Positions 59,063 through 64,000 of a stretch of 64,000 nucleotides of DNA are shown here, piece by piece (position 1 is the first letter of the stretch; each line of letters starts with the position of its first letter). Both the position numbers and the translations under genes were made by a program. The notes beneath the pieces were generated by a model. That model worked only from the letters and a program-made list of their open reading frames with translations. It was not told where the DNA came from and searched no databases. The DNA is from a bacterium UBP13_UBA5359 (GTDB lineage Bacteria; UBP13; UBA5359), in the NCBI GenBank assembly GCA_002410925.1, contig DHPR01000012.1, positions 84,643 to 148,642 of the forward strand, read 5' to 3'.

Positions 59063-59791
59063 CTAGTCTCCCTCGCCGAATTTCACCGTCACCGCAATCC
59101 AATCCGCCACAGGATGTCCGCTCTTTAAACGCGGCTTAAAGCGCCATCTCCTGCTTATTTCTTGCAAGGCTCTGCTATCCAGTTCACTGTAACCGGAACC
59201 TTCCTGCAATTCGATTTGAGCAGGAGTACCATCTTCAAGTACCAGCACATTGAAAACCACTTTTGCCTTGATCACGCCCCGGTTTTCAAGCCCCTTGGGA
59301 ATGGAAGGCCATCTGCCGGGGCCAATGGCTGTGGGCGCTCCGGTATCACCTTCACCAGGGCCTTCTCGGTGCCCCTGCGTTGTACCGGACCCCGGAATGC
59401 CGGATGATGCCCTGCTTCCCTGTCCCTGGCCTTTAGCATCTGCCTGTGCATCTCCGGAATGCCTGCCCGGAGTTTTAGAAGCTCCCGCTGCCTCTGCCTG
59501 GCTGGGAATAGGCCTGGGTTGAAGAGATTGCACCTGTTCGCTATCTACGCTTTGGCCAGGTGTTCTCTCTGCTATGGCCGGCTCCAAAGAGGCAAGATCT
59601 TCAATATCCGCAGGCGGATTCTCGCCGGAAACAGGCAAGACCAGATCATCCGCCTCCTCTATCAGGGTGACGGGCACGAAAACCTCCATCGGCTGCAGTG
59701 CTGTAACTCCACCCTTTATCACCAGAAAAAGCAGCACGTGCAACAGCATAGATATAAAGGCTGCTAAAATTATAGGACGATTCTCTCTCAA
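59063..59791 (-). CDS. tonB: energy transducer TonB
   Basis: SMLLH TM motif, low-complexity linker, SGYSELD..AL....WRFKP C-terminal domain. Confidence 0.85.
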   Translation of the reverse strand: MRENRPIILAAFISMLLHVLLFLVIKGGVTALQPMEVFVPVTLIEEADDLVLPVSGENPPADIEDLASLEPAIAERTPGQSVDSEQVQSLQPRPIPSQAEAAGASKTPGRHSGDAQADAKGQGQGSRASSGIPGSGTTQGHREGPGEGDTGAPTAIGPGRWPSIPKGLENRGVIKAKVVFNVLVLEDGTPAQIELQEGSGYSELDSRALQEISRRWRFKPRLKSGHPVADWIAVTVKFGEGD

Positions 59792-60219
59792 CCGGTCTTC
59801 TCCTTGATGACGGCCAGGGAGAGATTGCCCAGACCGGCACCTCTGACTTCATCAAGCACACGCACCACGACATCGTATATTACATTCTTATCTGCTCTGA
59901 CGATCACTGCCGTGGCAGGGCTGTCCATACCGGCTTCCACCAGCCGATTACGCATCTGCTCCCATGTGACCTCGTTATCGTTGATCTCTATTCTTCCATC
60001 CCGGCTCAGACTGATAACTATATTGGCGTTTTGCTGAATAGTTGTCCTGGCTTTAGGTAGATTCACCTTCATACTGGCCGATGAAGAAGCAACCGTCATA
60101 GTAACAGCAAAGAAAATCAATAAATTGAAGACAACATCGATCAGCGGTGTCGTTTCCAGAAAGGGACGGCGCTTGGTGGAACGGCGATAATTCCGCAACT
60201 CAAGCTGCATCCGTCTCAC
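59788..60219 (-). CDS. exbD: biopolymer transport ExbD/TolR
   Basis: TPLIDVVF.LLIFF, V.LP.A and RAD..V.Y. Confidence 0.9.
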   Translation of the reverse strand: MRRMQLELRNYRRSTKRRPFLETTPLIDVVFNLLIFFAVTMTVASSSASMKVNLPKARTTIQQNANIVISLSRDGRIEINDNEVTWEQMRNRLVEAGMDSPATAVIVRADKNVIYDVVVRVLDEVRGAGLGNLSLAVIKEKTG

Positions 60220-60820
60220 CCCGACTCTTCATGTAATTCATCAATTCTGTGGCTCTTTTTTCCATCTCATTAATAATATCATCGATTTTGCCGGATAGAG
60301 CATTGTAAACAATCATAAAAGGTATGGCTATAAGCAATCCGGTAAAGGTGGTGATTAGAGCTTCGGCAATTCCAGCCGATAGGGCTGTGTAATTGCCGAT
60401 CTCCCCACCGGAAATGACATTGAATATCTTTATCAGACCTGATATCGTTCCCAGCAAACCCAGCATAGGAGAGATGGTTATTATAGTGGAGAGCAAGCCC
60501 ATAAAACGCTCCAGGCGAGGAATCTCTATCAGCGCCGCTTCTTTCACCGCTTCCCGGAGCTCCTCACGGTTGCGATCATGTGCCGCCAGGCTGACGGCAA
60601 GCACTCTGGCTACCGGCCCCGGCGTCTCTTCACAGATGCTCAGAGCCTCCTCAGCCCCACTCCGTGCTACCTTGGCTTTAACCTGGTTCATCAATCTGGA
60701 GGTGTTGATTTCGGCCCGTCTCAGATGATAAAAGCGCTCAAGACTTACCGCCAGGGCTATGACCGAACAGATCAAGAGTGGATACATCACCAGCCCGCCT
60801 TTGAGGAAATACTGCAACAT
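60200..60820 (-). CDS. exbB: MotA/TolQ/ExbB proton channel
   Basis: GG.VM.PL, P.LGLLGT..G and GIAEALITT..GL.IAIP. Confidence 0.92.
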   Translation of the reverse strand: MLQYFLKGGLVMYPLLICSVIALAVSLERFYHLRRAEINTSRLMNQVKAKVARSGAEEALSICEETPGPVARVLAVSLAAHDRNREELREAVKEAALIEIPRLERFMGLLSTIITISPMLGLLGTISGLIKIFNVISGGEIGNYTALSAGIAEALITTFTGLLIAIPFMIVYNALSGKIDDIINEMEKRATELMNYMKSRGETDAA

Positions 60821-60978
60821 AATCGTCCCATCCCTTCACTCTGTTTGACATTACAATAGCCTGTCCTGTTCCTATACGAACAAGGCAGGCAAAATGTTTC
60901 AGGGAGAGCTTGTTACAAAGCGTTCCTCGGCAGTACCTTCCATCCGGCACTTGCTTCAACGCCTCCCCCTCTTTGGGT

Positions 60979-61006
60979 ATTCGTTACCAGCCGGATATTT
61001 CCCTTC
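60979..61006 (-). promoter_or_regulatory. weak sigmaH-like promoter GAAGGG-N18-GAAT
   Basis: Same spacing as the other sites; upstream of exbB. Confidence 0.35.
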
Positions 61007-61019
61007 CTATGCCGGAAAC

Positions 61020-61808
61020 TCAATACATTTGCTGCCCGCCTGTAACGTTGATAGCCTGTCCTGTAATATATGAGGCTTCGTTCGAAGCCAGAAAAACCAC
61101 CACATTGGCCACGTCCTGCAGATCACAGGAGCGCCCAAGCGGTACCTTTTCCACATATTTGGCCCTTACTTGCTCCGGCGGAATACCCAGCTTTTTAGCG
61201 TATTCCTTATCCAATCTATCCCAGAGAGGCGTTTCAAAGACATTTCCCGGACAGACAGCGTTAACCGTTACTCCGAACGGAGCCAGATCAAGGGCTGCGC
61301 TCTGCGTCATGCCAATGATGCCGAATTTAGAGGTGCTGTAAGCCGCCAGCCAAAGCCCGCCCTTCTTGCCCGATTTGGAACTCATATTGATGATGCGGCC
61401 ACTCTTCTGTTCAATCATCATCCTGGCTGCTCCACGAGTGCAGAGCATCGTGCCTCTGAGATTTACGGACATGGAGAGATCCCAGTCCTTGATCTCCATA
61501 TCGAATATTGGCTTGCTATGCAGAATACCGGCATTATTGACCAGGATATCCAGACGACCGAATTTATCCATAACAGCCCTGAAAACATCTGCTACCTGCG
61601 CTTCATCGGAAATATCCACTCCCAGAGCCAATGAACGCCTTCCTCCGGCCTCTATCTCCTCCGCCACAGCCTGCGCATTATTATAATTAAGATCAGCTAC
61701 AGCTATATGGCAACCCTCGTCGGCCAGACGAAGGGCTAATCCTCTGCCTATGCCCTGTCCTGCACCAGTCACCAAAGCGATTTTATTTTCCAATCTGTTG
61801 CAACACAT
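61020..61808 (-). CDS. srlD: SDR oxidoreductase, sorbitol-6-phosphate 2-dehydrogenase-like
   Basis: TGAGQGIG, SSKSGKKG, YSTSKFG, CPGN...PL and YAKKLGI...V...Y..KVPL.R.C. Confidence 0.8.
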   Translation of the reverse strand: MCCNRLENKIALVTGAGQGIGRGLALRLADEGCHIAVADLNYNNAQAVAEEIEAGGRRSLALGVDISDEAQVADVFRAVMDKFGRLDILVNNAGILHSKPIFDMEIKDWDLSMSVNLRGTMLCTRGAARMMIEQKSGRIINMSSKSGKKGGLWLAAYSTSKFGIIGMTQSAALDLAPFGVTVNAVCPGNVFETPLWDRLDKEYAKKLGIPPEQVRAKYVEKVPLGRSCDLQDVANVVVFLASNEASYITGQAINVTGGQQMY

Positions 61809-61923
61809 TTTACTTTTGCCTCCTTGATCCAGCTAAAGCCTGAAATCTGAAGTATTTCTCGCTCAAAGAGCCTACCGGCGTGTTCTGCTTCAGGACTATC
61901 CGCTAAATTACCTGCTCCGGCAA

Positions 61924-63243
61924 TTAGACCAGCATCAACTCCGGTTGCTCCAGCAGAGATTTGATTCGTTGTAGGAAACGAGCAGCATCAGCTCCATCCA
62001 TAACCCGATGATCAAAGACCATGCTCAGATACATCATGAAGCGCGGAACGATCTGTCCATCGACCACTGCCGGCTTCTCCTTGATAGCACCGACTCCCAG
62101 GATTCCGGTTTGGGGCGGATTAATGACAGGCGTAAAGGCCTCCACACCAAAAGCACCGAGATTGGTTACGGTAAAGGTGCCGCCGTTCATCTCGGCTGCA
62201 CCGAGCTTGCCCTGTCGGGCTTTCTCTACCAGACCCTTGATGGAAGCCGATATGGCTGCCAGACCCAGTGCATCAGCCTCTCTGATAACCGGAACAACCA
62301 GACCCTGTTCCAGAGCCACTGCCACCCCCAGATTGACATCTCTGTGCAGTGTTATTTCTTCTCCGTCAAAGGTGGAATTAATCAACGGCATTTCCGATAG
62401 CGCCATGGCTGTAGCCTTGACGATAATATCGGTGAATGTCAGACGCACACCAGCGGCCTTTTCCACCGCAGGCAATAGCCGTCCTCTCACAGCTACTGCA
62501 GATGTCATATCCACTTCGCTGGTCAGAGTAACCTGCACAGCGGTATGAGCGCTCTGCGATAACCTGTCGGCAATGATCTTTCTCATACCGGCCAGCTTAA
62601 TGACCTCGCCCGCAGCGGATGCCGATACTCCCGCCGGGATATCCCGGCTGTAAATCTTACCTCCGGGCCCGCTACCGATTATACCGGACAGGTCTGCACC
62701 CTCAACAGCAGCTATCCTGGCAGCCAAAGGAGTAGCCGAAGGTTCTTCCAGCAGATAGGCTTCTACATCCCTTTCTACTATACGTCCGCCTGGGCCACTG
62801 CCTCTGCCGGCTAATGCCTCTGCTGATACTCCGCGATCATTGGCCAGCCTTCTGGCCCGTGGTGATATCTTTATTCGCGTTTGATCAGTCGCCATTGTCT
62901 CCGCGGCTTCCGGCAAGGTCACAGGGGCCTGTTCTTTCAGCGTTCTCTTCGGCTCCGCCGTTTCCTGGGCCTTGCTGCCGGTGTCTAATTTCGGAAGCTT
63001 CTCTCCGGCTTCACCGATAACGGCTATGGGTTCATAAACCGGCACGGTAGTTCCCTCTGAAGCTACTATCTTTAGCATGACGCCGGAAGCAACAGCCACA
63101 ACCTCCATGTTGGCTTTATCCGTTTCTACTTCTACAACAGGATCGCCCCTCTTGACTGTATCACCCTCTTTGACCATCCATCTGGCTATAGTGCCCTCAT
63201 CCATAGTCTCAGCCAGCAAGGGCATTATCATAATATGAGCCAT
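61924..63243 (-). CDS. dihydrolipoamide acyltransferase E2 (AcoC/PdhC-like)
   Basis: Lipoyl ETDKA, two E3-binding repeats (GSGPGG) and DHRVMDG. Confidence 0.93.
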   Translation of the reverse strand: MAHIMIMPLLAETMDEGTIARWMVKEGDTVKRGDPVVEVETDKANMEVVAVASGVMLKIVASEGTTVPVYEPIAVIGEAGEKLPKLDTGSKAQETAEPKRTLKEQAPVTLPEAAETMATDQTRIKISPRARRLANDRGVSAEALAGRGSGPGGRIVERDVEAYLLEEPSATPLAARIAAVEGADLSGIIGSGPGGKIYSRDIPAGVSASAAGEVIKLAGMRKIIADRLSQSAHTAVQVTLTSEVDMTSAVAVRGRLLPAVEKAAGVRLTFTDIIVKATAMALSEMPLINSTFDGEEITLHRDVNLGVAVALEQGLVVPVIREADALGLAAISASIKGLVEKARQGKLGAAEMNGGTFTVTNLGAFGVEAFTPVINPPQTGILGVGAIKEKPAVVDGQIVPRFMMYLSMVFDHRVMDGADAARFLQRIKSLLEQPELMLV

Positions 63244-63258
63244 TATTCAGCGTCCTCC

Positions 63259-64000
63259 TCAGATTATTTCTTTTACAGCCCCTATTATATCGCTGATCTG
63301 AGGCACAGCGGCCTCTTCCAAAACGGGACTGCAAGGCATAGGACAATTCTTGCCGGACAACCGCTTCACGGGAGCATCCAGGTAATCAAAGGCCTCTTCC
63401 ATAATACGGGTGGCTATCTCAGCCCCGGGGCCGCTGCGTTCCACCGATTCATGAACTACAATAACCCGCCCGGTCTTTTTGACGGAATTGCAAATGCTCT
63501 CCATGTCCAGCGGCACCAGGCTGCGAGGATCTATAACCTCCACCTCGATACCCTCTGCGGCCAATTCTTCGGCTGCTTTGAGAGCCCTCTGCACCATAGT
63601 GGAGATAGCAATTACGGTTACGTCCCCACCCGCGCGCTTGACATCAGCCTGCCCCAGCGGAATCAAATACTCTTCTTCCGGCACCTGACCTTTCATCTTA
63701 TATGACATCTTATGTTCAATGAACATAACCGGGTTATCATCTCTGATGCAAGTCTTAAGAAGGCCCTTGGCATCATATGGATTTGAAGGCATGACTACGT
63801 AAAGCCCCGGCACATGCATAAACCAGGCCTCCAGGCACTGAGAGTGCTGAGCAGCAAAGGAACGTCCGCTGCCGCAACTGGTACGTATCACCAGCGGCAC
63901 CCTGGCCTTGCCGCCGAACATATAACGAACCTTGGCCGCCTGATTGGCAATCTGATCCATGGCAATACCAGTAAAATCGATATACATTATTTCCGCTATG
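63259..64000 (-). CDS. 2-oxoacid/acetoin dehydrogenase E1 beta subunit, 5' end beyond the window
   Basis: IAEIMYIDF, NQAAK.RYM.GG, AAQHSQ.LE and DYLDAPV; frame open to the window edge. Confidence 0.93.
   Translation of the reverse strand, partial: IAEIMYIDFTGIAMDQIANQAAKVRYMFGGKARVPLVIRTSCGSGRSFAAQHSQCLEAWFMHVPGLYVVMPSNPYDAKGLLKTCIRDDNPVMFIEHKMSYKMKGQVPEEEYLIPLGQADVKRAGGDVTVIAISTMVQRALKAAEELAAEGIEVEVIDPRSLVPLDMESICNSVKKTGRVIVVHESVERSGPGAEIATRIMEEAFDYLDAPVKRLSGKNCPMPCSPVLEEAAVPQISDIIGAVKEII

Noticed and set aside
60821-61019. Possible cobalamin riboswitch upstream of exbB (AAGGGAA, hairpin at 60859-60890)
   Set aside because: Core GCCCCCGCAACTGT / B12-box elements not found; only a simple hairpin is supportable
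1-64000. CRISPR arrays, tRNA/rRNA, IS elements, integrases, selenocysteine recoding in Ech
   Set aside because: None seen by reading; EchE L1/L2 motifs use ordinary Cys codons

Overview
A 64 kb gene-dense bacterial window, mostly on the minus strand. The SLH-coiled-coil protein, TonB-ExbBD, a c-di-AMP riboswitch, sigmaH-like promoters and H-X9-DG prepilins suggest an anaerobic, probably diderm, Terrabacteria member; this is inference only. Contents in order: (i) a sugar/amino-sugar catabolic region (1-17.5 kb) with glycoside hydrolases, a LacI and a ROK regulator, an H-X9-DG prepilin and two pseudogene remnants; (ii) a c-di-AMP riboswitch-controlled LysM/M23 peptidase, an aldose epimerase, a GH-like protein, a Lon-like protease and an M50 protease; (iii) a complete echABCDEF energy-converting [NiFe]-hydrogenase operon with hypA/hypB, preceded by an unusual HypC-HydE-like radical SAM fusion gene; (iv) dedA, kup and an ABC-2 exporter with a TPR-PPIase fusion; (v) a second, more AT-rich prepilin-linked catabolic island (43-53 kb); (vi) an acetoin/2-oxoacid-dehydrogenase-like operon with srlD, split by an exbB-exbD-tonB-cohesin-SLH cluster. 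The most notable observations are the HypC-radical SAM fusion beside Ech, the regulator-prepilin-glycoside hydrolase cassettes (one sharing a sigmaH-like promoter and LacI operator), and the TonB/Omp-alpha-like envelope cluster. No tRNA, rRNA, CRISPR array or intact mobile element was seen.
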